DNA of 64,000 bases from Patescibacteria group bacterium (GTDB lineage: Bacteria; Patescibacteriota; Microgenomatia; Levybacterales; GWA1-39-11): assembly GCA_035549315.1 (NCBI GenBank), contig DASZRC010000027.1, positions 4,514 through 68,513 on the forward strand, written 5' to 3'. Each line of letters opens with the position of its first letter. Position 1 is the stretch's first letter. The notes beneath the pieces were generated by a model. The model did no database searches and had not been told where the DNA came from. It worked only from the letters and a program-made list of their open reading frames with translations. This document shows, one piece after another, positions 10,493 through 20,232 of the stretch. Position numbers and translations under genes: made by a program.

Positions 10493-12118
10493 ATGGAAAC
10501 TAAAATTTTAAAAGCAGTTTTTTTTGCATCCTTCTTTTTATTTGTAATTTTTATATTTGTAAATATTAATTGGGGAGAACCTTTCTATTTTCACCCCGAT
10601 GAAAGAAATATTGCATCCTCTATCTCTCAATTAAACTTCCCCAAAAATCTAAATCCTCATTTTTTTGCATACGGGTCCCTACCTATATACTTAGCTTTTG
10701 TGCTTGGGTCTATTCCACAAATAGCAAGCAATGGACTCAATAACTTAATTGTTGATTTTAGTACAGCCATAATATTAACAAGGCTTGCATCTGCATTATT
10801 TGCATTACTCTTAATCTTTTTAATTTTTAAAACCACGGAGTTATTGGCAGGGAAAAGAGAGGCTTTTCTTGCAGGAAGCCTTGCGAGTCTTAGTGTTGCC
10901 TATATTCAATTTGCTAATTTTGGGACATTTGAGATGTGGCTTTCTTTTTTCTCACTGTTAATAATTTATCTACTTCTTTTATTTGTTAAATCCGGTAAGG
11001 ATAATTTTATAGTTTATTCATCTATAGCATTTGGGATCTTATGCTCTTTAAAGCTGTCTTTCATAGGCCTTATCCCAATCTTTATTCTGGCACTATTATT
11101 TGGTTTTAAGCCAAAAGATAAAATAGCTAAGAAAATTTTTATATTTCTTTTATTTATTTTAGTTTCAACAATGTCTTATCTTGTATCATCACCCTTCAAT
11201 CTACTGGATAGCCAAGGATTTATTTCAAGCATGAACTATGAAGGATCGGTTGCATTGGGTACGCTTCCGGTTTTCTATACTGGAACTTTTTTTAATACTA
11301 TACCTATCTTGTATCAATATGAAAAAGTTCTCCCTTTTTTAATAAATCCTTTATTAACCTTAATTTCAATTCCGAGTCTTATCTATCTATCCTATTTATC
11401 AATTACAAAAAGGAATAAGTTGTTGGGATTAGTAGTTTTTTCTTTTCTGATAATTTTTGTTTCCCAATCAGCTCTTTTTGTTAAGTGGACTAGATATGCA
11501 GTCCCCAGTCTCTCTTTCTTATATATATTAATTGCTATATTTATTTTTAAAATTAAAGATATAATTAATGGCAAAATTTTTAATTTAATTATTTTATTTG
11601 TTTTGGGAGTTAGTTTTATATATTCAATATCATATGCAAAGACCGTTAAATTATCCCAAGATACGAGAATAGAAGCTCTTAATTTTTCTACCAAAACAAT
11701 TGATAAGAATTCTAAGATATTAAGTGAGGTATATGATCTTGGAATAGTTCCATTTAATAGTTATTATCCGCATATCACATTGTTTAATTTTTATGATTTG
11801 GACAATGTAGATACAAGTAAAAAAGCGTTATCAGAGGAGCTTAATAACTCAGACTACATTATCATACCAAGCCAAAGAATTATGCAATCAAGAATATTAG
11901 ATAATTCTAACTTTCCAAACGGAAACAACTTCTACAAATCTCTCTTTGCTGATAAACTTAACTATAGGAAGATTTATCAAACTCCTTGTGATATCTTTTG
12001 TAAAATTACATATATGGGAGATCCTGTTTTTAATTTAGAACAAACGGCTAGTGTATTTGATAGACCCACTGTTTTTATTTTTGAAAATAAAAAGATCACA
12101 AATAAAAATAATAAATGA
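10493..12118 (+). CDS. GT-C glycosyltransferase (ArnT/PMT_2-like)
   Basis: FHPDE in the first loop, NPHFFAYGSLP, multiple TM segments. Confidence 0.8.
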   Translation: METKILKAVFFASFFLFVIFIFVNINWGEPFYFHPDERNIASSISQLNFPKNLNPHFFAYGSLPIYLAFVLGSIPQIASNGLNNLIVDFSTAIILTRLASALFALLLIFLIFKTTELLAGKREAFLAGSLASLSVAYIQFANFGTFEMWLSFFSLLIIYLLLLFVKSGKDNFIVYSSIAFGILCSLKLSFIGLIPIFILALLFGFKPKDKIAKKIFIFLLFILVSTMSYLVSSPFNLLDSQGFISSMNYEGSVALGTLPVFYTGTFFNTIPILYQYEKVLPFLINPLLTLISIPSLIYLSYLSITKRNKLLGLVVFSFLIIFVSQSALFVKWTRYAVPSLSFLYILIAIFIFKIKDIINGKIFNLIILFVLGVSFIYSISYAKTVKLSQDTRIEALNFSTKTIDKNSKILSEVYDLGIVPFNSYYPHITLFNFYDLDNVDTSKKALSEELNNSDYIIIPSQRIMQSRILDNSNFPNGNNFYKSLFADKLNYRKIYQTPCDIFCKITYMGDPVFNLEQTASVFDRPTVFIFENKKITNKNNK

Positions 12119-13821
12119 ATACAAAAGAAAAAATATTACTTTTAATAATTATTTTATTTGGGTTCTTCCTAAGATTTTACGGAATCAATTGGGATGCAAC
12201 ATGCTGTCAACACCCGGACGAAAGGGCTATTGTAATGTATACAACGCCTTTATCTTTCCCCAAAAATATTGATCAATTTCTTACTCCCCAAAGTCCATTA
12301 AATCCGCATTTCTTTGCATACGGAAACTTCCCTCTTTACCTCTTAAAAGGCGCCTCCTTACTTGCAGGCAATATTGACCCAAGCTTTTTACAGTATGACA
12401 AGATTAATCTGATTGGAAGACTTATCTCTATAATTTCTGACACAGGAACAATAATTATTATTTTCTTGCTAGGAAAAATTCTTTTTAATAAAAAGTCTGG
12501 GTTCTTAGCTGCCTTTGTTTACGCGGTATCGGCTTTACCTATTCAATATTCCCATTTCTTTACATCAGATATTTTACTTACATTTATAATCAGCTTAATT
12601 CTTCTGACTGTAATTAATTTTTATAAGAAACCTAGTTTAAAAAGTGCAATTTTTATAGGTATTTTATTTGGTCTTGCTCTTGCAACTAAAATTAGCGCGA
12701 TACCAATAATTATTTCTATAACCTTGGCGATAACATTGGATTTCTTATTTATTTTTACAAAGTCTCCCCACAAGCCAAAACTCTGGATAAACCACTTACC
12801 CCATGTTGTTAAAAAACTAATCAGTGAATGGGTTTTAATTATGTTGATCGCATTCATAACATTTTCTATCAGCCAACCCTATGCAATTATAGATTCCCAA
12901 GAATTTGTAAACCAAAATATGCTCCAGTCAATGATGACAAAAAACCCATACATATTCCCTTATACGCTTCAGTACGTGGGTAAGATTCCTTATATATATG
13001 AGCTGAAGAATATATTTTTATGGGGACTTGGTCCAATAATCTCTGTGCTCTCCTTTGCGGGCCTAGCCCTTACTTTTTTTAATTTTAAAAAATACAAACA
13101 AGACAAAAAAGCGGAAATAATTCTTATATCAGCATTTCTTATTTCTTATTTTGCGGTTGTTGGAAGTTTTGCAATTGGGTTTATGAGATATTTACTTCCA
13201 ATTTATCCACTTCTGGCAATTTTTGGAGGGTTTTGTTTTTATAAACTGTTTGAATTGTTTGCTTCCTTTATAAAAAATTCCTATGCTATAACATTTTTAA
13301 AATTTGTAGTAATTTTATTGGTTCTTATTTGGCCGCTATCTTTTGTTTCTATATATAGCAGAGTCAATACAAGAATAGACGCAACAAATTGGATCAATAA
13401 AAATATACCCCAAAATAGCACCATAGCAATTGAACACTGGGATGACAGGCTCCCACTTAACTCTCCAAATACTTATAACTTTTCAGAACTTACCATGTAT
13501 GATCAGCCGGACAATGCTCAGAAGTGGCAAGTACTATCCTCTAAATTGAGCGGATCAAATTATCTTATAATCGCTTCCAATAGACTTTACGTCCCTATAC
13601 AAAAACTTAGTAATTGTAATAAATATAAGGTTTGTTATCCCTTAGCAAGCCAATACTACAAAGCACTGTTTAGTGGCAAGCTACCATTCAAACTTGTCTC
13701 CGAGTTTACGTCCTACCCAACCATACCTTTTACAAACATTAAAATACCCGATGACACAGCAGATGAGTCCTTTACAGTTTATGACCACCCCAAAATTTAC
13801 ATCTTTAAAAAAACTCCTTAA
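12115..13821 (+). CDS. GT-C glycosyltransferase (ArnT/PMT_2-like), paralog of the upstream gene
   Basis: QHPDE, NPHFFAYGNFP, SHFFTSD and a C-terminal VYDHP motif. Confidence 0.8.
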   Translation: MNTKEKILLLIIILFGFFLRFYGINWDATCCQHPDERAIVMYTTPLSFPKNIDQFLTPQSPLNPHFFAYGNFPLYLLKGASLLAGNIDPSFLQYDKINLIGRLISIISDTGTIIIIFLLGKILFNKKSGFLAAFVYAVSALPIQYSHFFTSDILLTFIISLILLTVINFYKKPSLKSAIFIGILFGLALATKISAIPIIISITLAITLDFLFIFTKSPHKPKLWINHLPHVVKKLISEWVLIMLIAFITFSISQPYAIIDSQEFVNQNMLQSMMTKNPYIFPYTLQYVGKIPYIYELKNIFLWGLGPIISVLSFAGLALTFFNFKKYKQDKKAEIILISAFLISYFAVVGSFAIGFMRYLLPIYPLLAIFGGFCFYKLFELFASFIKNSYAITFLKFVVILLVLIWPLSFVSIYSRVNTRIDATNWINKNIPQNSTIAIEHWDDRLPLNSPNTYNFSELTMYDQPDNAQKWQVLSSKLSGSNYLIIASNRLYVPIQKLSNCNKYKVCYPLASQYYKALFSGKLPFKLVSEFTSYPTIPFTNIKIPDDTADESFTVYDHPKIYIFKKTP

Positions 13822-13866
13822 AAAAGCTGTTGTAAGCTCACTACCTTTGCTGTAGAATTTAAGCTT

Positions 13867-14904
13867 ATGAAAACGGTTTTAATAACAGGTGGTGCAGGAT
13901 TTTTAGGCGTCTACTTATCACGTTTTCTGCTCAAAAAAGGCTTTAAAGTAATTTGTCTTGATATTGCCCCGTTCACCGCAAAAGATATAGAGAAAAAAAT
14001 TACCTACATTGAGGGGGATATAAGAAATCTTAAGAAAATTGAAGGCCATTTTAAAAATGTTGATTACGTAGTTCACGCAGCAGCAGCTCTACCAATAATC
14101 CATGCTAGGAAAGAAATCTTTAAAACAAACGTTGATGGAACAAAAAATGTATTGGAATCAAGCTTAAAACATAAGGTAAAAAAACTTGTATTTATATCAA
14201 GCACTGCTACTTATGGTGTCCCGGAACATCTTCCGGAAACCGAAGGTGACAAAATTGCCCCAATTGGACATTATGGTGAATCAAAAGTAATAGGAGAAGA
14301 ACTCTGCTTTAGATATTTAGGAAAAGGGCTCCCTGTAAATATTATTAGGCCAAAAACATTTTTAGGCCCGGAAAGACTTGGGGTATTTACTCTTTGGTTT
14401 GAAGCAATTTATCAAAATAAACCGGTATTTATTCTGGGTAATGGGAATAATCTATACCAACTACTTGAGGTTAATGACCTATGCGACTTAATTTACAATG
14501 CACTAATTACCAAAAAGAGAGGGGAGATCTTTAACGCCGGAGCAGAAAAATTTGGGACCTGGAGAAAAGACTTGGGAGCTCTTATAAAACATGCAAAGTC
14601 AAAATCAAAAATAGTTGGATTTCCTGTTTTACCATCACAACTAATATTGGGAGTTTTGGAAAGCCTTAATTTATCACCGATTGTTGCCTGGCACTATAAA
14701 ACTTTACCTATTAATTCTTACGTAAGCATTGATAAAGCCAAAAAAGAATTAGGGTTTAAACCGAAAAGGTCAAATCAGGATATACTTATAGAAAGTTACG
14801 ACTGGTACAAAACTCACAGGGCAGAATTTATAGGCAAAACAGGTACCGGACATAGGGTAGTTTGGAATTTTAAACTTCTTGGAATATTTGAAAAATTAAC
14901 ATGA
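13867..14904 (+). CDS. NAD-dependent epimerase/dehydratase (extended SDR)
   Basis: ITGGAGFLG and YGESK (YxxxK). Confidence 0.9.
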   Translation: MKTVLITGGAGFLGVYLSRFLLKKGFKVICLDIAPFTAKDIEKKITYIEGDIRNLKKIEGHFKNVDYVVHAAAALPIIHARKEIFKTNVDGTKNVLESSLKHKVKKLVFISSTATYGVPEHLPETEGDKIAPIGHYGESKVIGEELCFRYLGKGLPVNIIRPKTFLGPERLGVFTLWFEAIYQNKPVFILGNGNNLYQLLEVNDLCDLIYNALITKKRGEIFNAGAEKFGTWRKDLGALIKHAKSKSKIVGFPVLPSQLILGVLESLNLSPIVAWHYKTLPINSYVSIDKAKKELGFKPKRSNQDILIESYDWYKTHRAEFIGKTGTGHRVVWNFKLLGIFEKLT

Positions 14905-15461
14905 GCAAAAAATTAATAATTGGCATAGACTTTGATAAAATTTTTGTTAACTATCCCCCCTTTATCCCAGGCCCACTGATAGAGAGATTTTATAAAAAGA
15001 AAAATCACAAATTGTCTTATAGAATTCCTGGGAAAATTGAACAACAATTTAGAATACTTCTACATACCCCAATATTTCGTCAGCCAATAAAAACCAATAT
15101 ATCAGAATTGGAAAAAATATTTAATGAAGATAAGTATTCTATATATCTTGTCTCAAGCAGATTTTCTTTTCTAAAAGGAAAAACCAATTTATGGAATAGG
15201 AAGCATAAGATATCAAAGTTCTTTGAGAAAATGTATTTCAATTTTGAAAACCAACAGCCCCATATTTTTAAAGATAAAATCATTAAAAAAGAAAACATTA
15301 AAAGATTTATAGATGATGATCTGGATCTTCTAATGTATCTCTCTTCCAAGAACCCGGATGTAGATTTTTTTTGGGTTACACCAAACATTGCTAAAGTAAA
15401 TCTTCCCAAAAATATAAGAATGATAAGAAATTTAAAAGAATTTAGATTAAAATATTTATAA
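14901..15461 (+). CDS. HAD-superfamily (5'-nucleotidase-like) protein
   Basis: IGIDFD motif I and FIDDD motif IV. Confidence 0.65.
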   Translation: MSKKLIIGIDFDKIFVNYPPFIPGPLIERFYKKKNHKLSYRIPGKIEQQFRILLHTPIFRQPIKTNISELEKIFNEDKYSIYLVSSRFSFLKGKTNLWNRKHKISKFFEKMYFNFENQQPHIFKDKIIKKENIKRFIDDDLDLLMYLSSKNPDVDFFWVTPNIAKVNLPKNIRMIRNLKEFRLKYL

Positions 15462-15462
15462 C

Positions 15463-17574
15463 ATGCCCGACCTATTGGTAGTTCTTCAATGGTGGATACC
15501 CATATTTATTGTAGGAATAGTTTTTCTTCCCACAACCGACTTCTTTTTCTCTGGTTTTTTGGATAGGGGGTATCTGTTTTCCAAAGTACTTGGTCTTGGA
15601 ATTACCACATATATCATATTTGTCTTAAGCTTTATTAGAATCCTTCCCTTTAACATCCTGTCTATAATATTGGTTTTGTGGGTTTGTCTAATGGGCAACT
15701 TTTATTTTTTTAAAAAAACCAAATATAAAATAAAATCTCTTCCAATTAAAGCATTTATCTTGGAGGAAATACTTTTTCTTATCTGCATAATATTTTGGTC
15801 ATATATTAGAGCGCATGAACCAAGTATAAACGGTCTTGAAAAATTTATGGATTTTGGTTTCCTAAATTCAATCCTAAGATCTACCTACATGCCCCCAAAT
15901 GACATGTGGTTTACCCCATTCTCAATTAATTATTATTATTTTGGACATCTAACAACTGCCGTCTTAACTAAGATATCTTTCTTGCCGTCTCTATTAACTT
16001 TCAACCTTATGATTGCAACACTCTTTGCCTTTACTTTCTCTTTATCTTTTTCACTAGTCATGAATTTGGTAAATGGTTTTGCAAAAAAAGGCAAAGCATT
16101 AATAGGTGGACTACTTGCTGCTTTTTTTGTTTCTTTTGGAGGAAACCTGCATACTATTTATTCATTATTTAAACCCTATGACGTAGATAATCCAGTACCA
16201 TTTTGGAAACTTGCTTTCTTGCCCCAAACATTCCCAAATAGTTATTGGTATCCCAACGCAACAAGATTTATCCCTTTTACAATTCATGAATTCCCTATCT
16301 ATTCTTTTGTTGTCTCTGATCTTCATGGACATGTATTGGATTTGATGTATGTGCTTTTATTAATTGCCCTGTCTTATGTGCTTTTTGTAAAAGGGGTAAA
16401 TAAGATAATACTTGGAACAATCGCTCTCTTTTTGGCAATTATGTATATGACAAATGCCTGGGATGGTGCAATCTACATGCTACTTGTTGGTTTTGCCATT
16501 CTTGCAAGAAACTATATTGATATTAAATCACACATAAAAAAAAACAAAACATTTTTCAGTTGTTTAATTCCGGCAATTAAAAAAACTATTGTTCCCTTTT
16601 TATCTACGGCAATTCTTTTTGTGATATTTACCCTTCCTTTTAGTTTAACTTTTAAACCTTTTGCCAGCGGCATTGGAGTATTATGCGCACCCTCCTTTTT
16701 AACAAAGATGGAACACTTGGGACCATTCCTTTTTGAAGCAAACCATTGCCAAAAATCTTCATGGTGGGAATTATTAACTCTCTATGGAGCGTTTTATTTC
16801 TTTGCTCTTTCACTGGTATTTTTTGTCTTTAGAACAAAAAAGAAAATATTAGATACCGACTACTTTGCCTTAATCTTAATAGGACTTTCAACAATTTTAA
16901 TAATAATTCCAGAGTTTATTTACTTAAAAGATATTTATCCGGCCCACTACAGAGCCAACACTATGTTTAAGTTAGTTTATCAATCGTTCATAATGTTATC
17001 TCTTGTTTCCTCCTACGCCATTGTTAGGATAATCACTTCAACCAAAAATATATTGTTTTATCTTGCAAGCGTTTTAATACTTATAGGAATATTTATTTAT
17101 CCATATTTTGCAATTAAGGGCTACTACGGAGATTTAACAAATTACAAAGGTCTAGATGGAACTTCTTATCTAAAAGAGAGATACCCACATGACTATGCTG
17201 CAATAAATTGGATCAATAAAAATATAAAGGGAACTCCTGTTATTGCAGAGGCACAGGGCGATTCATATACAGATTATGGAAGAATATCGTCTAATACCGG
17301 CCTTCCAACAATACTTGGATGGACAGTACACGAATGGCTGTGGCGTGGAACCTATGATGTCCCGGCTCCAAGAATTGAGGAAGTAAGAAGGATTTATGAA
17401 TCAAATAGTCTATCTGAAACAAAACAATTATTGAATAAATATAAAACTCAGTACGTATATATTGGAGATTTGGAAAGAGAAAAATACCCAAGCATTAATG
17501 AAACAAAGTTTAATAATTTAGGCAAAGTTGTTTTCCAAGACGGAAATAGCAGGTTGTACAAACTCAACAACTGA
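15463..17574 (+). CDS. DUF2298 / Chlor_Arch_YYY membrane protein (putative GT-C)
   Basis: EKFMDFGF, INYYYFGH, IHEFP.YSF, DLHGH, TGLPTILGW..HE..WR. Confidence 0.85.
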   Translation: MPDLLVVLQWWIPIFIVGIVFLPTTDFFFSGFLDRGYLFSKVLGLGITTYIIFVLSFIRILPFNILSIILVLWVCLMGNFYFFKKTKYKIKSLPIKAFILEEILFLICIIFWSYIRAHEPSINGLEKFMDFGFLNSILRSTYMPPNDMWFTPFSINYYYFGHLTTAVLTKISFLPSLLTFNLMIATLFAFTFSLSFSLVMNLVNGFAKKGKALIGGLLAAFFVSFGGNLHTIYSLFKPYDVDNPVPFWKLAFLPQTFPNSYWYPNATRFIPFTIHEFPIYSFVVSDLHGHVLDLMYVLLLIALSYVLFVKGVNKIILGTIALFLAIMYMTNAWDGAIYMLLVGFAILARNYIDIKSHIKKNKTFFSCLIPAIKKTIVPFLSTAILFVIFTLPFSLTFKPFASGIGVLCAPSFLTKMEHLGPFLFEANHCQKSSWWELLTLYGAFYFFALSLVFFVFRTKKKILDTDYFALILIGLSTILIIIPEFIYLKDIYPAHYRANTMFKLVYQSFIMLSLVSSYAIVRIITSTKNILFYLASVLILIGIFIYPYFAIKGYYGDLTNYKGLDGTSYLKERYPHDYAAINWINKNIKGTPVIAEAQGDSYTDYGRISSNTGLPTILGWTVHEWLWRGTYDVPAPRIEEVRRIYESNSLSETKQLLNKYKTQYVYIGDLEREKYPSINETKFNNLGKVVFQDGNSRLYKLNN

Positions 17575-17592
17575 CCTGTCTGCCGACAGGCA
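17574..17592. repeat. Palindromic mini-element family P1, variant copy (ACCTGTCTGCCGACAGGCA)
   Basis: Overlaps the TGA stop. Two substitutions versus the copies at 21755 and 23350 keep the CCTGYC/GRCAGG stem. Confidence 0.8.
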
Positions 17593-17606
17593 ACTAGCTT
17601 CTTTAT

Positions 17607-17634
17607 TTGACTTTGAAAATTCTATTTATATAAT
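17607..17634 (+). promoter_or_regulatory. Sigma70-type promoter for a probably leaderless gene
   Basis: TTGACT-N16-TATAAT with ATG 6 nt downstream. Confidence 0.6.
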
Positions 17635-17640
17635 TGCAGG

Positions 17641-18117
17641 ATGCCTAGAGAGATAAAAATTAGCGACCCATATCTTGCTGGTGAGTACTTGAAAACCGGA
17701 ACAAAATTAAATATTAGAGATAAACGTGGTTATCCCTTAATGAAAGTAGAACTTGGACCAGCTCTGGATGCGGAACATTATTGCCATACTTGTGGAGAAA
17801 CAGGCGAAAAGATAATTGCAGATTCGGAAACAAGTAATTCCCTTGCTCGTTCTAAGCTGGAAGTTGCCAATCTAGAGTTCACATCAGTTCCTACCTGTCC
17901 ACTCGCGCGATATAAAGATCTAGATAAAGAATCTGTTCAATCCATACAGTCAGACTGTATAAATAGAAGACCAGCAAGCAAAAAACAGGTAGAGCTAATT
18001 GAGGAAACTCAAATATATATAAATCATGCCCTATTAGCTACAGATCTGGGATATGCGGAGATTATTAGCTTAGACACAGAACGAACAATCGAGGCTTTAG
18101 AAAAAATAACTATTTAG
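17641..18117 (+). CDS. Hypothetical protein with CxxC
   Basis: 158-aa ORF with its own promoter; contains CHTC. Confidence 0.6.
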   Translation: MPREIKISDPYLAGEYLKTGTKLNIRDKRGYPLMKVELGPALDAEHYCHTCGETGEKIIADSETSNSLARSKLEVANLEFTSVPTCPLARYKDLDKESVQSIQSDCINRRPASKKQVELIEETQIYINHALLATDLGYAEIISLDTERTIEALEKITI

Positions 18118-19255
18118 ACTTTTGTTTTGTGGTAATTGAGGGAGTGGGCGTTGGATCAATGCCCAAACCTTTGGCCATGATCTCACATACATGTCCGCCG
18201 GCAACACAATTTACGTAAGACTGAATTTCAGAAAAGTCACCGTCTCCAACTCTAGGAATTAAATTGTATTGAAAACCTTTTGTCTCAGTTGGAATATCTT
18301 CTTTTAAAAGACCAAACCTACCCTCACTTTGATCGCCAAAATCTATAACAAAACTATCTATCTTTGCCTTCTGCATTTTCTGGGCCAAATTTATAAAGTC
18401 GTCATATTCATTTGGGGTCACATCTGTATCAATATTATCTTTTAAAATATTGAATATCCCAATAACCTTAACCGGATTAAGAATTATTCCAAGAGATAAT
18501 ACTTTTGATTTTATTGCAGATATTACTTCCTGCTGACGCCTTGATCTTGCAAAATCACTTCCCTCACCATTTATTCCATGCCTTGACCTTGAGAATTGAA
18601 GCGCAGTCTCCCCATCCATATGTTGAACTCCCTGATCCACATGAAGGTGCTTATAGCGACATTCAAAATATTTCCATTGATCAAGTTCGGCAGGCCCCGT
18701 AGCAATAAAGTCTTTTACCTCATCTTCCGGATGACCACAAAGGTCTGTTTCTTTTCCTTCTATTGGATAGTTGTAGTCATCCAAAGTATGGGCAACATTA
18801 ACATCTATACCACCAAGATAATCAACCAACTTTACAAAACCGGAGAAATCTATAACAACTACATAATCAATTTGTTTACCTGTAATTTTTTTTACTACGC
18901 TTTTAACCAAAAGCTTATTTTTATCATTTTTATCCAAACCTAATTGATAGGTTTTGTTTATCTTCCCATTAACATCCGACACCCATAAATCGCGGGGAAT
19001 AGAAACCAAATTTACAGTATTTTTTGTAGGGTTAATCATTGCAACAATGATTGTATCTGTAAGGTTTGGCCCATCATGGTTACCTCCGCCAATTCCCAAT
19101 ATTAAAATATTTATGTTTCCGGTTTTCTGTTCTTTTTTAAGAACTATTTCTTTTTTAATGTGGAATTTGTATATAAAGAATCCCCCAAAGATCAATGCTA
19201 TTAAACCAATAGCAAGTACCACCAATTTCCAATTTTGGGAACTTTTTTTTAGCAT
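18110..19255 (-). CDS. LCP (LytR-CpsA-Psr) family protein
   Basis: NILILG, TDTIIV, SIPRDLWV, SDFARSRRQQ. Confidence 0.92.
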   Translation of the reverse strand: MLKKSSQNWKLVVLAIGLIALIFGGFFIYKFHIKKEIVLKKEQKTGNINILILGIGGGNHDGPNLTDTIIVAMINPTKNTVNLVSIPRDLWVSDVNGKINKTYQLGLDKNDKNKLLVKSVVKKITGKQIDYVVVIDFSGFVKLVDYLGGIDVNVAHTLDDYNYPIEGKETDLCGHPEDEVKDFIATGPAELDQWKYFECRYKHLHVDQGVQHMDGETALQFSRSRHGINGEGSDFARSRRQQEVISAIKSKVLSLGIILNPVKVIGIFNILKDNIDTDVTPNEYDDFINLAQKMQKAKIDSFVIDFGDQSEGRFGLLKEDIPTETKGFQYNLIPRVGDGDFSEIQSYVNCVAGGHVCEIMAKGLGIDPTPTPSITTKQKSK

Positions 19256-19923
19256 CTTTCAATAAGAGAGAAAAAGTTTGAAGCTTCAAGACTTGCGCCG
19301 CCCACTAAAACACCTGAGATATCCGGGATGTCTGTAAACTTCTTAATATTATCCGCAGTAACACTTCCACCATACAAAACTTTTTCAACGTTCTTATTTT
19401 TTTCCTTTATTGATTTTGCCACTTTTTCTGCATTTTCCGGCGACTCAGGATTTCCTGTACCAATTGCGCTTATTGGCTCATACGCTACTATCTTAACAGT
19501 CTCCGGAATTGGGGTAGAATCACCCTGAACGCAAAAAACTATATTAAGACCACTTGCGTCAGCATTAACAACTTTTGTCTCTAGAACCTCATCCGTATCT
19601 CCAAAGTTCTGTCTTCTTTCCGAATGTCCAATTATTGTATAACTTGCCATCTTTTTAATAATTTCAGCAGGAATTTCACCCGTATATGCTCCTGCAACAA
19701 ACCTTGAAACGTCTTGGGCTCCAATCTTGAACTCAAGAGCGTTAGCCACAACGTATGCATTTAAAAGCTGTAAAAGAGTATATGGGGGACAGATTAAAAT
19801 TTGCTTATTAGTAAGATCCAGCTTTGCCTCGAATATTTTTCTATTAAATTCCTCTAGCCAGAGGCGTGCCTCATCTTCCGTTTTGTGCGCTTTCCAGTTA
19901 GCAACGAGCAGTAGATCTTTCAT
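19249..19923 (-). CDS. tpiA: Triosephosphate isomerase
   Basis: ANWK, GAYTGE, IGHSERR, AYEP, LYGGSV, LVGGASL. Confidence 0.95.
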   Translation of the reverse strand: MKDLLLVANWKAHKTEDEARLWLEEFNRKIFEAKLDLTNKQILICPPYTLLQLLNAYVVANALEFKIGAQDVSRFVAGAYTGEIPAEIIKKMASYTIIGHSERRQNFGDTDEVLETKVVNADASGLNIVFCVQGDSTPIPETVKIVAYEPISAIGTGNPESPENAEKVAKSIKEKNKNVEKVLYGGSVTADNIKKFTDIPDISGVLVGGASLEASNFFSLIERC

Positions 19924-20059
19924 ATGATACAATTGAAGAGATTTAGCCTCTTAAATTCAATTTAAACTATTATAACAGTATATGCAAAACATTTTAAAGC
20001 ATCATAACATTAGATTCTTAGAATTTTGCCCGATTTTTGAAATGCATGCGAATCAATTT

Positions 20060-20224
20060 GCCACTTCGAAGTTGAGTGCATGAGAAAGGAGTGAGTTTGT
20101 CAGGGGGATTCCTCACAAACTTGTTGAGGAGGGGGTGAAATCACCCGACTAAACGAACGAGCTTAGAGAGCACGAAACAAGACCGTGGCTAGAGCTTTTG
20201 ATACTTTTCGCGGTAGAAAAGTAT
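20060..20224. other. Structured intergenic element (candidate ncRNA or MITE-like repeat)
   Basis: Nested inverted repeats GCCAC/GTGGC, GTGC/GCAC, TCCTCA/TGAGGA and GGGTGA/TCACCC, then an ATACTTTTC/GAAAAGTAT hairpin. GC-richer than its flanks. Confidence 0.5.
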
Positions 20225-20232
20225 AAAAAATA

